DNA from: Gammaproteobacteria bacterium | Lineage (GTDB): Bacteria > Pseudomonadota > Gammaproteobacteria > SZUA-140 | Assembly (NCBI GenBank): GCA_026981935.1 | Contig: JALSIC010000056.1 | Span: 1-62,419, forward strand | Direction of reading: 5' to 3' | DNA: 62,419 nt | Part shown: positions 50,668 to 59,402 of the stretch, one piece after another | Layout of the letters: each line of letters starts with the position of its first letter | How positions within the stretch are numbered: the stretch's first letter is position 1 | Made by a program: the position numbers and the translations under genes | Notes under the pieces: generated by a model | Database searches by the model: none | The model's input: only the letters and a program-made list of their open reading frames with translations | Told to the model about the DNA's origin: nothing

Positions 50668-53307
50668 ATGCATTCCGGCTCCACGCTCGGCGCCTCCGTG
50701 AGCCATAGCGCGTGTGCGCGAAAATACGGCCTCTGGTTGCTGCTTGGCGTCTATTTCCTGTCCGGAGTGACCGGCGTGGCCTATGAGGTCCTCTGGGTCC
50801 GCATGCTGTCCATCCAGTTTGGGGTGAGCAGTTTCGGCGTCATCATGACCATTGCGGTTTTCATGGCCGGCCTGGGGCTGGGCAGTCTTGTGGGGACTCA
50901 TATATCGACGCGAGTGGCCAGGCCGTTATTGTTGCTGGCGGGGCTGGAGGCCAGTGTAGCCCTGTTCGCATTGTCCATGCCGTGGTTGTTTGGCGTGATT
51001 GACGGGATGCTGGGAGAAGTCGCCGCCTCCTGGCCGTTGTCACTGTGGTATCTCGTCCAGGCTGGCATTGCCTTTCTGCTTCTCTTTGTTCCTTGTCTTG
51101 CCCTTGGGATTGGTTTTCCGCTGGTACTCAGAATCGTGAGGGGGAGCGGGACGAGCCTGGCCGCGGTCTACGGTATCAATACCGTGGGGGGTGCCGTCGG
51201 TGCGCTGGCCCCCCTGGCCCTCCTGCCCCTGCTCGGCTGGTCCTATGCCATGCAGGCGGTGGCTGTGTTGGGCCTGCTGGTCGCAGGGGCTTTCGGCCTT
51301 CTTGCGCAGTTTAAGGTTCTGCCCCATGCAGCCCCACCCTCGCATGCGACGCAGCGACCTGGCTGGACTGTCCTGTTGGTCTACGGGGCCATAGGTGCGG
51401 CTGCCCTGATGGTGGAAATCGGCTGGACCCGCCTCTATGGTATGATTCTTTTGCGCACGGAATATGTGCTGGCCATTATTCTGTTCATATTTCTCGCAGG
51501 TATCGGCTTGGGAAGTCTGCTGGCGCGCTGGTTGCCCCCGCGCCTGGGATTGCAGTGGTTTCCCCTCTTCGCCGCCCTTGCGGGGCTGTACAGTCTCTGG
51601 GGGCTCACCGCCCTGGCAGCCTGGGCCGGTAACGCACATTTCGACTCCCTCTTTCAGGCCATGCTCATGCAGGGACTGGCCCTTGCCTTGTTGACCTTGC
51701 CCCTTACCCTGATCCTCGGTGCCTGGCTGCCCTTGCTGGTACGCCGACTCGCGGGTGGAGAGCCGCTGAGCGGCGCCTGGCTGTATGGCGCCAATGCCGT
51801 GGGTGCTGCCCTGGGGGCAGTGGCCTGTGGTTTTCTTCTCGTACCTGCCGTGGGGACGGCGGCCACGATTGCCCTGGCGTCGATTCTGTTGTTTACGTTT
51901 GGCATGCGCTGGTCGCAGCAGCGCTGGTTGTGGCTGGCAATGCCCTTGCTCATCGTCGCTGCCTGGCCGCTGCAGCGTCTGCCCCCGGTGAAGGCGCTTC
52001 TGCCCAAGCATGCCGAAAGCCGGCAGCTCATGCTCTATGAAGATGCGATTTCCATCACCCACGTTATTGAAGAGCCGGACGGCCAACGCATCCTCCTTTC
52101 TGATCTGCGCAGAATGGACGCCTCCACTGAACCGACCGCGGTCGTGGTGCAGAAAAATCAGGCCCGCCTGCCGCTGTTGCTGCATGGCAGCCCTCGCACG
52201 GTCTTGTTTCTGGGGCTGGGGACCGGCATCAGCGCCTCAGCGGTTCTCGCCTTGCCGGGCACGGAGACCACAGCGGTGGAACTGTCCTCGGGGGCTATCA
52301 GCGCGGCACGGTCTTTTTTTGCGCCGGTCAACGGCGGGGTCGTGGAACGAATCAGGGTGGTGCACGATGACGCACGGCGTTATTTGCGCGCCGGCGAGGC
52401 GCGCTACGATGTCATTGTCGGTGATCTGTTTCATCCGGATATGGTGGGGCGCAGCAATCTGCTCTCGGTCCAGCAGTTCCGCCGGGTGCGGGAGCGGCTC
52501 GCCGATGGTGGCGTGTATGTGCAATGGCTGGCCTTGAACCAGTTCGACCGGGAGACAGTGGCGACGGTCATGCGCAGCTTCCAGCAGGTTTTTCCCCATG
52601 GTGCGCTCTATCTGGACGGCTTTCGCCTGGCGCTGGTGGGCCCGTCAGAGCGCATGGCCTCTTTGCTGGCCCGGGCCCAATCCGCCTGGCAACAACGACT
52701 CTCGGAGGCGCAGAGAGAACGTCTCACGGGAGGGGAGGGAATCTGGACCTGGCTGGGGAGATATTGGGGGCCCATCCGCATGCTGCCGGGGCCGCTCCAG
52801 GATGAATGGGCGCCGCAGATCGAATTCAGACTGCCGGCCCTGCGTTACGGGAACGGCATGGAGCTGGCCGCCACCCTCGAATGGCTGCTGGGCCTGCGGC
52901 CTTCCCCGGAAGAGGCGGGTCGTCAGCTTGGTCTGAATTCGGGGCCAGACCATGAATCCTTTGAGAGAGCCTATATTGCCACGGAACTTGCTGCAAGAAG
53001 CTGGCTTGCGGCATTTCGAGGCCACGCGGGAGAGGCGCAACGCCTCATCCGGTTTGCCTACGAGGCCAATCCCGATGATCGCTGGGTGGGGTACGATCTG
53101 GCGGACAGGATCTATGCCTCTCTTTCACAGTTGGCAGAAGACGACCGGTATGCCGTTCTGGACAGGATCCTGACGATTCGTCCTGACCATGTCCAGGCCT
53201 TGAAGGCTATGCTCAGGCTGGAACTGGCACGCAATCCTGATTCTCCCGCCATCGAACGTTACCGGGAAAGGTTGCGAAAAATCAGTCCCCTTGGGCATCT
53301 TCCCTGA
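50668..53307 (+). CDS. Fused MFS-like membrane domain / spermidine-synthase-like SAM-binding domain protein
   Basis: SGVTGVAYEVLWVR and a duplicated TM block; FLGLGTGIS, VELS, DDARRYL, YDVIVGDLFHP; helical C-tail. Confidence 0.88.
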   Translation: MHSGSTLGASVSHSACARKYGLWLLLGVYFLSGVTGVAYEVLWVRMLSIQFGVSSFGVIMTIAVFMAGLGLGSLVGTHISTRVARPLLLLAGLEASVALFALSMPWLFGVIDGMLGEVAASWPLSLWYLVQAGIAFLLLFVPCLALGIGFPLVLRIVRGSGTSLAAVYGINTVGGAVGALAPLALLPLLGWSYAMQAVAVLGLLVAGAFGLLAQFKVLPHAAPPSHATQRPGWTVLLVYGAIGAAALMVEIGWTRLYGMILLRTEYVLAIILFIFLAGIGLGSLLARWLPPRLGLQWFPLFAALAGLYSLWGLTALAAWAGNAHFDSLFQAMLMQGLALALLTLPLTLILGAWLPLLVRRLAGGEPLSGAWLYGANAVGAALGAVACGFLLVPAVGTAATIALASILLFTFGMRWSQQRWLWLAMPLLIVAAWPLQRLPPVKALLPKHAESRQLMLYEDAISITHVIEEPDGQRILLSDLRRMDASTEPTAVVVQKNQARLPLLLHGSPRTVLFLGLGTGISASAVLALPGTETTAVELSSGAISAARSFFAPVNGGVVERIRVVHDDARRYLRAGEARYDVIVGDLFHPDMVGRSNLLSVQQFRRVRERLADGGVYVQWLALNQFDRETVATVMRSFQQVFPHGALYLDGFRLALVGPSERMASLLARAQSAWQQRLSEAQRERLTGGEGIWTWLGRYWGPIRMLPGPLQDEWAPQIEFRLPALRYGNGMELAATLEWLLGLRPSPEEAGRQLGLNSGPDHESFERAYIATELAARSWLAAFRGHAGEAQRLIRFAYEANPDDRWVGYDLADRIYASLSQLAEDDRYAVLDRILTIRPDHVQALKAMLRLELARNPDSPAIERYRERLRKISPLGHLP

Positions 53308-53339
53308 TCATTTTCCATAATCGTCATAAAGGGAAATCG

Positions 53340-53368
53340 AAAAAAGGCCCGCGTATTGCGGGCCTTTT
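53340..53368. terminator. Bidirectional intrinsic terminator
   Basis: AAAAAAGGCCCGC-GTATT-GCGGGCCTTTT between convergent genes. Confidence 0.85.
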
Positions 53369-53394
53369 CACATCCACAGCGGCGCCTTATGACA

Positions 53395-53526
53395 TCAATA
53401 CTCCCCGCTGCTGCGGCGTCGATTCACGTCCTGGATTGCAAGATCAGAGATCTTGTAGGCGCCAAAAATAAGAATCCCAAAAACCAATAACGGTACCAGA
53501 ATATTCAGCCCCAGATCTTCTACCAT
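53395..53526 (-). CDS. Unannotated 43-aa single-TM microprotein (MVEDLGLNILVPLLVFGILIFGAYKISDLAIQDVNRRRSSGEY)
   Basis: GAGGAGG RBS, TM helix, terminator directly downstream. Confidence 0.7.
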   Translation of the reverse strand: MVEDLGLNILVPLLVFGILIFGAYKISDLAIQDVNRRRSSGEY

Positions 53527-53661
53527 TTTTCTCCTCCTCGTTTATTGTTGTCCAGGAACTTTCTTCCAGGATTTCCCCGGCCGGGATTTCCCATGCATCT
53601 ATTCTAAATCATCCCGCTCAACAATTGCAATGGGAGCCGCTGACGTGACCTCGCTGGGGGG

Positions 53662-54429
53662 TCAGCGGAAACTCAGGTGCAGCATCCGTCCCCCGGTTTT
53701 CTGGGCCAGGGTCCTGTATTCGAGCTCCGTATCGGGATCGGAGCGCCCCATGGGCAGGGTGAAAACGGGGCTGGGTATCTCGCTGTAGTGAATGGTGTCA
53801 TCCGAGGGCTCATCTCCGATGAGCATGTAGACCCCGGGGACCGGTGCATCCCGTGCTGCCACCCGGAAGGCACGACCGATGGTTTCCCGGTTTCCCACGA
53901 AGGGTGCTTCGCTCATCAGATTGTCGAACATCTCGCCCATGGTGCCCTGGTAAGTGACGGCCCTTTTGTCCGAGAACCAAGTGATGGCGTTGAGTTCCTT
54001 GTCCGCGCGCGTGACGATGAGGCGCAGGATGGGAACGAGGAACATGGAGGCGCCATGCATGGATCCCGATGCATCGACGATCAGGTGGATGTCCCTGCCA
54101 GGCATCTTCTTGAGCCCCTCGATGAACATCTCGAAGTCTTTCTTCCCCACCTGGGCGGCCTCCAGGATGGTTTCCACCTGGGTCTCGGGATCGGTGAGCA
54201 CCACCCTCTGGAAGTTTTTCTTCAGGCGCTCGCGATCCGACTCGGCGAGCTGCAGCTGTTCCTGGAGCATTTCCACCTGTTTTTGCAGTTTGGGAAGTTC
54301 GTTCTCCTCGGCGAGCCGGCTGGTGATCAGGATGGTGACCAGGAGAAAGACGAAAGTCGCCAGCATCAGCAGCGCGACGTCGGAGAAGCTTTCATGGACG
54401 TTGCTGGTGGTCTTGCGGATCTTGGCCAT
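53662..54429 (-). CDS. MotB/ExbD-like TM helix + coiled coil + vWA domain protein
   Basis: ESFSDVALLMLATFVFLL (Asp at the helix start), coiled coil, MIDAS IVDASGSM...ETIG...IGDEPS. Confidence 0.8.
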   Translation of the reverse strand: MAKIRKTTSNVHESFSDVALLMLATFVFLLVTILITSRLAEENELPKLQKQVEMLQEQLQLAESDRERLKKNFQRVVLTDPETQVETILEAAQVGKKDFEMFIEGLKKMPGRDIHLIVDASGSMHGASMFLVPILRLIVTRADKELNAITWFSDKRAVTYQGTMGEMFDNLMSEAPFVGNRETIGRAFRVAARDAPVPGVYMLIGDEPSDDTIHYSEIPSPVFTLPMGRSDPDTELEYRTLAQKTGGRMLHLSFR

Positions 54430-54466
54430 GACAGCCGGCTCCCGGGTCGTAAGGCGGTGGAGCGGG

Positions 54467-55477
54467 CTAGCCACCCCGCAGGGCACGTCGCAGCCTGCCC
54501 CACCATGAGCGGTTGATGCGGTTGATCATCTGGATCTCCTTCTTCAGAAGATCAGTATAATACATTTGCAACACAACGGAATCGCGCAGCGTCTTGTTCC
54601 GGTCTTCCGTGTCATTGAGTTGGTTGAGATGGGTGGCCTCCTCGCGGAACTGCTGCATGGCGATCTTGGTGTCGTGCAGGGCGTTACGCAGCGTCTGAAC
54701 ATTGACACCCAGGTGTTCGATTTCCGCATTGAGCGCCCGGATATCCCGTTCCATGGTGGGCTTGCAGTCGGAGGCGCAATAGACCATGCAGATCTTTTTC
54801 AGGGTATCGGAAAGATTGTGGATACCGCCATCCGTGATGAGGGCGAATACCCGCAGGATCACCCCGCCCAGCACCGAACCCAGGAGGGTGGTATAAAAAG
54901 CGGTGCCCATCCCTCCCATGGCCTTGCGCAGGCCCGAGAGCAGGCGCTGCTGATCTTCTCCCAGCGCCTCCAGGGAGGAGGTCAGTCCGGCCAGCGTCAG
55001 GGTGAGTCCGATGACCGTCCCGATGAGGCCCAGGGTGATGAGAAGATTGCCGATAACCTCCACCACGTGGCTCTTGCGATGGTAATCGGCGAGTTCCACA
55101 TCGATGAGGGCCTCGATGTCGGGCTGGGCGTTCTTTGACAGCACCTCCTTGAGCGCCAGGAAAAAACGCTGTACCGCATGCTCGTTGTCGTCGGGATTGA
55201 TGCCGGGGAGACTGTCCTTCTTGGCGATATTGCCCAGCCTGACAGCCTCGCTGGCCTCGTTCGTAATGGAAATGGTCAGGGCAAAGCTGACGGCCACCCC
55301 CATGCCGAACAGGCCCATGATGACCCAGGTGATCCGGCTTTGGTCCTGGCGTATGAAGTCCCACAGGTTGGTATCCAGGTACAGGAGAAAATAGACGGCG
55401 ATTGCCGTGCCGGCCCATCCCAGCCAGAGTATCAGGGCGCGGTAGGATTGCTCGTGAACCAGCCGTTTGCTAGCCAT
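54467..55477 (-). CDS. MotA/TolQ/ExbB proton-channel family protein with C-terminal coiled coil
   Basis: LITLGLIGTVIGL and GMGTAFYTTLLG signatures. Confidence 0.88.
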   Translation of the reverse strand: MASKRLVHEQSYRALILWLGWAGTAIAVYFLLYLDTNLWDFIRQDQSRITWVIMGLFGMGVAVSFALTISITNEASEAVRLGNIAKKDSLPGINPDDNEHAVQRFFLALKEVLSKNAQPDIEALIDVELADYHRKSHVVEVIGNLLITLGLIGTVIGLTLTLAGLTSSLEALGEDQQRLLSGLRKAMGGMGTAFYTTLLGSVLGGVILRVFALITDGGIHNLSDTLKKICMVYCASDCKPTMERDIRALNAEIEHLGVNVQTLRNALHDTKIAMQQFREEATHLNQLNDTEDRNKTLRDSVVLQMYYTDLLKKEIQMINRINRSWWGRLRRALRGG

Positions 55478-55675
55478 GTATGACTTCGTCTTTCAAGATA
55501 ACAGGCAAGATAACGTGCAAGATCACGGATACGAGGCGGTGCAGAGAATCTTCCATGTGCCATTGCCACGGGGCAAGGTGAATCCAACGATGCATGACAT
55601 GCCTCGGACACATCCTCCTGCCGGTTGATCCGGCTTGGTTTCAGGCAGCTTTGTCTGCTTCGGGCCGCAAAAACG

Positions 55676-55710
55676 AAAAAAGACCAGAAAATACTGCCCT
55701 GGCCTTTTTT
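55676..55710. terminator. Probable intrinsic terminator
   Basis: AAAAAAGACCAG...CTGGCCTTTTTT hairpin downstream of the 55766-55879 microprotein. Confidence 0.65.
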
Positions 55711-55765
55711 CATGTTGTTTGGGGTTTGATTATTGTTCTGAACGAAAACCCTGGTAGCCTCCCCC

Positions 55766-55879
55766 TTACAAAGCCAGGACAGATGAGGCCAGATAGAGCA
55801 GGAAAAACCAGATAACTGCGATCGAAATAACGATAAACCCATCCATATTGTTGATATTGGTGCTGTTTCCTCCGCTCAT
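55766..55879 (-). CDS. Unannotated 37-aa single-TM microprotein (MSGGNSTNINNMDGFIVISIAVIWFFLLYLASSVLAL)
   Basis: AGGAGG RBS, hydrophobic C-half, downstream terminator. Confidence 0.6.
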   Translation of the reverse strand: MSGGNSTNINNMDGFIVISIAVIWFFLLYLASSVLAL

Positions 55880-56335
55880 TTCTCCCTCCTAAACGTTATT
55901 ATGATAATGAATCAGGTGACCAGAAACCACAACCAATCACGGGAAACTATTACATAAGACAAAGGGGCAGGTCAAGCCGCGGGCGGGGTTTTTGTGGGCC
56001 AAGCTTATGATTTAGAGGGTGACAGGTTATCTCCCCCTGTCACGCAGGTTTTTCCATGTTGTTCCTCCCTTGCAGTTTGATTAGAATTGATTGATTAAGT
56101 AAATAACACATGAAGTTTCGGGGAAATTTTCTTTCTGGGGGTTAGAGAATTGCCTGGCGGTCGGGACGGGGAGGGAGGCGTGCCACTGTCGGCCGTGGGA
56201 TCTGTGTTTCATATCTCATTCATTTCCTTCATATTCTCCTCCCCATGGCAAGGTTGGCTGGGCAAGTTGGGGCATCCCTGGGCCACAGCCTGAAATGGCA
56301 AAGATGTCAAATATTGTAAAGAGCAGGGTCTGAGT

Positions 56336-56851
56336 GTGCTGGTACAACGAGAATTATTGAAGTATCTGATCGCTTCGGCATTTTTCTTTTTCGTGGGGAC
56401 GGTCCATGGTGTCATTCAGGTGATACCGCCGGTGCGGGCCTGGCTGGATTCCATCGGCAGTCCCTATGGTGGCCCCGGCCATATGATCGATCCCCTGGCC
56501 CATGCCCACATCAACGTGGTGGGCGGCGTGGTTCTGCTGTGCATGGCGGTCACCTATTACCTGTTTCAGGCCATTACCGGCAAACCGGTTTATTCCGTAC
56601 GCCTGGTCAATCATTCCTTCTGGTGGACGGCATTGGGCATAACCGGTTTCTATTCCACACTGATGATTTTCGGGATCCTGGAGGGCAGGGCCCTGCTGGC
56701 AGATGACGTCGCTACCATGGAGTCGTTGAAAAGCATCTACGGCCCTCTCATCGCAGTTGTTGCCACCGGCATGGGGATCGGTTTCTGGGTGTTTTTTGCC
56801 AACGTCTTTCTCACCGTCAAAAAGGTGATGTTTCCGCGCCATGATGCTTGA
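56336..56851 (+). CDS. Second stand-alone 4-TM HCO subunit I-like protein
   Basis: TVHG, GHMIDPLAHAHINVVGG, YYLF..ITGKPVYSVRL, FFANVFLT; paralogue of 38192..38722. Confidence 0.8.
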   Translation: MLVQRELLKYLIASAFFFFVGTVHGVIQVIPPVRAWLDSIGSPYGGPGHMIDPLAHAHINVVGGVVLLCMAVTYYLFQAITGKPVYSVRLVNHSFWWTALGITGFYSTLMIFGILEGRALLADDVATMESLKSIYGPLIAVVATGMGIGFWVFFANVFLTVKKVMFPRHDA

Positions 56852-57374
56852 GTGCGGCTGCCCTTCCGAATATCCGGACTGGCACGATACGGATGTGGAT
56901 CTGGGCGGCATGCCCATTCATGTGCTCCCGGTTCCCATGCTGGTGCATATGCCCCTTGCTTACGAGACTTATCTCAAGAAGCAGCAGCAGGCCATCTTCA
57001 GGCTGGAGCTGAAGGAGCGCTGGCCTGGACTGGTTCTTCTGCGTACCGGGATGCTGCGCGGGCGCATTGTCCGCCTGCTGGTGGATGAGACCCATTCCCT
57101 GTCCAGCCAGGTGGGACACTTTCCCATCCCCTATCAGGTCAGGGCATGGCTGCATCATGGCAACGTCAGCACCATCCGCACGGTCGTGCGGGAGATGCAG
57201 ATGGCACTCATCGACAGCGGACGCATGCCCAAGGCGCTGCATCTGTGCTACCTCACCTGTCCCCGCTGCAGTGAGGACCGGGGTGGGGAAAAGCTTCTGC
57301 TGCTCAGGCACTGGCAGGAGAGCGCCATGTTGCGCAGCCGGCAACACAAGCGCACGATGGATCAGTCCCGATAG
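56841..57374 (+). CDS. Cys-motif hypothetical protein (possibly GyrI-like fold)
   Basis: ECGCP at the N-terminus and CYLTCPRC near the C-terminus; overlaps the upstream gene. Confidence 0.75.
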   Translation: MMLECGCPSEYPDWHDTDVDLGGMPIHVLPVPMLVHMPLAYETYLKKQQQAIFRLELKERWPGLVLLRTGMLRGRIVRLLVDETHSLSSQVGHFPIPYQVRAWLHHGNVSTIRTVVREMQMALIDSGRMPKALHLCYLTCPRCSEDRGGEKLLLLRHWQESAMLRSRQHKRTMDQSR

Positions 57375-57380
57375 GCCCGG

Positions 57381-59402
57381 TCAGGCCCGGCCGGCCTTTA
57401 CCTTTTTCTTTGTCGCGGACTGCGGGGCAGCCTCGGGCGGTGCCTTGCTGCGCAGTGACTCCCTGATCTGCTGCAGGCTCTCGATCTGTTGTTGCAGTGC
57501 CTGCTGCCGGCTGCGCAGATCCCCCAGCTGTCCTTCCAGGTTTTTCTTCGACGCCCGGATCTTGCTCAGGGTTTTCATGTGCTGCTCGATGCCGCGGCGC
57601 TTGTCCTGGATCTGGCTGACCAGGGGGGTGATGAGTTCCTTGAGCCAGGTGTCGGCTTCCTTGTGGGTTTCGAGGAAGATGTTGCGCGCGTGACTGACCA
57701 GGGAAATGAAAAACTTCTTCACCACGAAGCGTTGTTCGCTCATGGTGGCGAAGGTGCTGTTGCGGAATTCCTCGGATTTGAGATAGAGCTGGTCCAGCTC
57801 GTCGCTGTATTTTTTGAGGGGAAACGGGCGCGGCGCGGCGACATGGAGACCGTATTCCTCGTGGAATTTCTGGTAGATGGTCTGAACGAGCTTATGGGTC
57901 TCGTCGGCCTGGCGGCTGACGATCTGCATGGCGTCGCGCATGCTGTCGAAGAAGACGGTCATGCCGTTTTTCATGCCCACCGTGGTCCAGCTGCCCGACA
58001 TTTCCTGGCGGGTCTTCTCAATGAGATTGTCGATGGATTCGATGTCCAGGGTGTTGAACATGGTCTTGGCCTGCAGGGCCAGCTTGCGCCGGCTGAGCTG
58101 GAAAGTCTTGACGCATTCATAATAGGCAGCCTTTTTTTCCTTGGCTTTCTGCAACAGTTGCTGAACGACTTCTTCGTTGCTGCCGCGCAGGGATGACAGT
58201 TCCTTGACCTGGGCCTTGAGTTCCTCCAGCTTGCTGTTGAGCGGCTGGAGGGTATCGTCGATGATGTGACTGAAACCGGCGACGATGTTGTCCCACACGA
58301 TGTGCTGCTTGGTAGGCAGGATTTCGTTGGCCAGTAACGCCTCCAGGGCCAGCAGATTGCTCTTTTCCAGGAGTTCCCGGTTGTTGCGGGTCTTGGCCAC
58401 CAGTGCCTTCTGGGCCGAGACGGGAAAGACGCTGGCCTCGTCGATGCCCAGCAGATTGGCAGTGGCACGGCACTGTTCCGTGATGCCGGCATTCACCTCG
58501 GCTGCTTCCTTCATTTCGTCCCACAGGGTGTCGATCTTGTTGAGCACCGCTACCAGGCCTTTCTGCTGGCCGCTGCGGAAGGCGAGGATGTGGTTCTGCC
58601 ACATGTCGAGATCGCTGCGCGTCACCCCCGTGTCAGCGGACAGGACGAACAGGACGGCCTGTGCGCTGGGCAGCATGTTGAGCGTGAGTTCGGGCTCGCT
58701 GCCCAGGGCATTGAGACCGGGCGTGTCCAGAATGACCAGGCCCTGTTGCAACAAGGGATGGGGGAAGCTGATGAGGGCGTGACGCCAGACCGGGATCTCC
58801 ACCTGGCGGGTTTCATCGCCTCCTCCACTCTCGCCGTTGCCCATGTCGGTGTTGAAGAGCCCCAGGTTCTCGGCCTCTTCCCGCGATACCTGCTTGGTCC
58901 TGACGATTTCGCGGAAGGTCTCCGCCATCTGCTGGGGGGCTTCCACGTTGAGGGGGAGGGTGGTCCAGTAGCTGTCCTCGTTTTTCAGTTCACTGAGACT
59001 GATGTCGCTGAGACGGGTCTCGATGGGCAGCAGCTTGATGTAGGATTCCCCGCTCTCGTGGTCATAGAACAACTCGGTGGGACACATGGTGGTGCGCCCG
59101 GCCTCCGACGGCAGGAGACGGCGACCATAGTCGGCGAAAAAAATGGCATTGATGAGTTCCGTCTTGCCGCGGGAGAACTCGGCGACGAAGGCGATGCGCA
59201 ACTGTTCTGAATCGAGCGCCTTGAGGGCATCGTAGAGGCGCAGCTCGATCTCCGGATTGACCAGCCCGTAATGGTTCAGCCATTGGTGGAATGACTGGAT
59301 CGTCTGCGTCAGCTCGGCCTTCCATTGGGCGAAGGCCTGCATCTCATGTCTGAACCGGTCCTGTTGCAATGCCGTATTTATATCCAGAACATTGGTTGCC
59401 AT
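57381..59402 (-). CDS. Bacterial dynamin-like GTPase
   Basis: AEFSRGKTELINA (G1), RTTMCPT (G2), DTPG (G3), NKID (G4), long helical stalk. Confidence 0.9.
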   Translation of the reverse strand: MATNVLDINTALQQDRFRHEMQAFAQWKAELTQTIQSFHQWLNHYGLVNPEIELRLYDALKALDSEQLRIAFVAEFSRGKTELINAIFFADYGRRLLPSEAGRTTMCPTELFYDHESGESYIKLLPIETRLSDISLSELKNEDSYWTTLPLNVEAPQQMAETFREIVRTKQVSREEAENLGLFNTDMGNGESGGGDETRQVEIPVWRHALISFPHPLLQQGLVILDTPGLNALGSEPELTLNMLPSAQAVLFVLSADTGVTRSDLDMWQNHILAFRSGQQKGLVAVLNKIDTLWDEMKEAAEVNAGITEQCRATANLLGIDEASVFPVSAQKALVAKTRNNRELLEKSNLLALEALLANEILPTKQHIVWDNIVAGFSHIIDDTLQPLNSKLEELKAQVKELSSLRGSNEEVVQQLLQKAKEKKAAYYECVKTFQLSRRKLALQAKTMFNTLDIESIDNLIEKTRQEMSGSWTTVGMKNGMTVFFDSMRDAMQIVSRQADETHKLVQTIYQKFHEEYGLHVAAPRPFPLKKYSDELDQLYLKSEEFRNSTFATMSEQRFVVKKFFISLVSHARNIFLETHKEADTWLKELITPLVSQIQDKRRGIEQHMKTLSKIRASKKNLEGQLGDLRSRQQALQQQIESLQQIRESLRSKAPPEAAPQSATKKKVKAGRA

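Noticed and set aside
53662-55477. Zorya ZorAB anti-phage motor or flagellar MotAB
   Set aside because: The B subunit has a vWA rather than an OmpA-like domain, the A tail is short, and no zorC/D/E or flagellar genes are nearby
56841-57374. Radical SAM enzyme (CxxxCxxC)
   Set aside because: The motif is C-terminal and the protein is too short for the radical SAM fold
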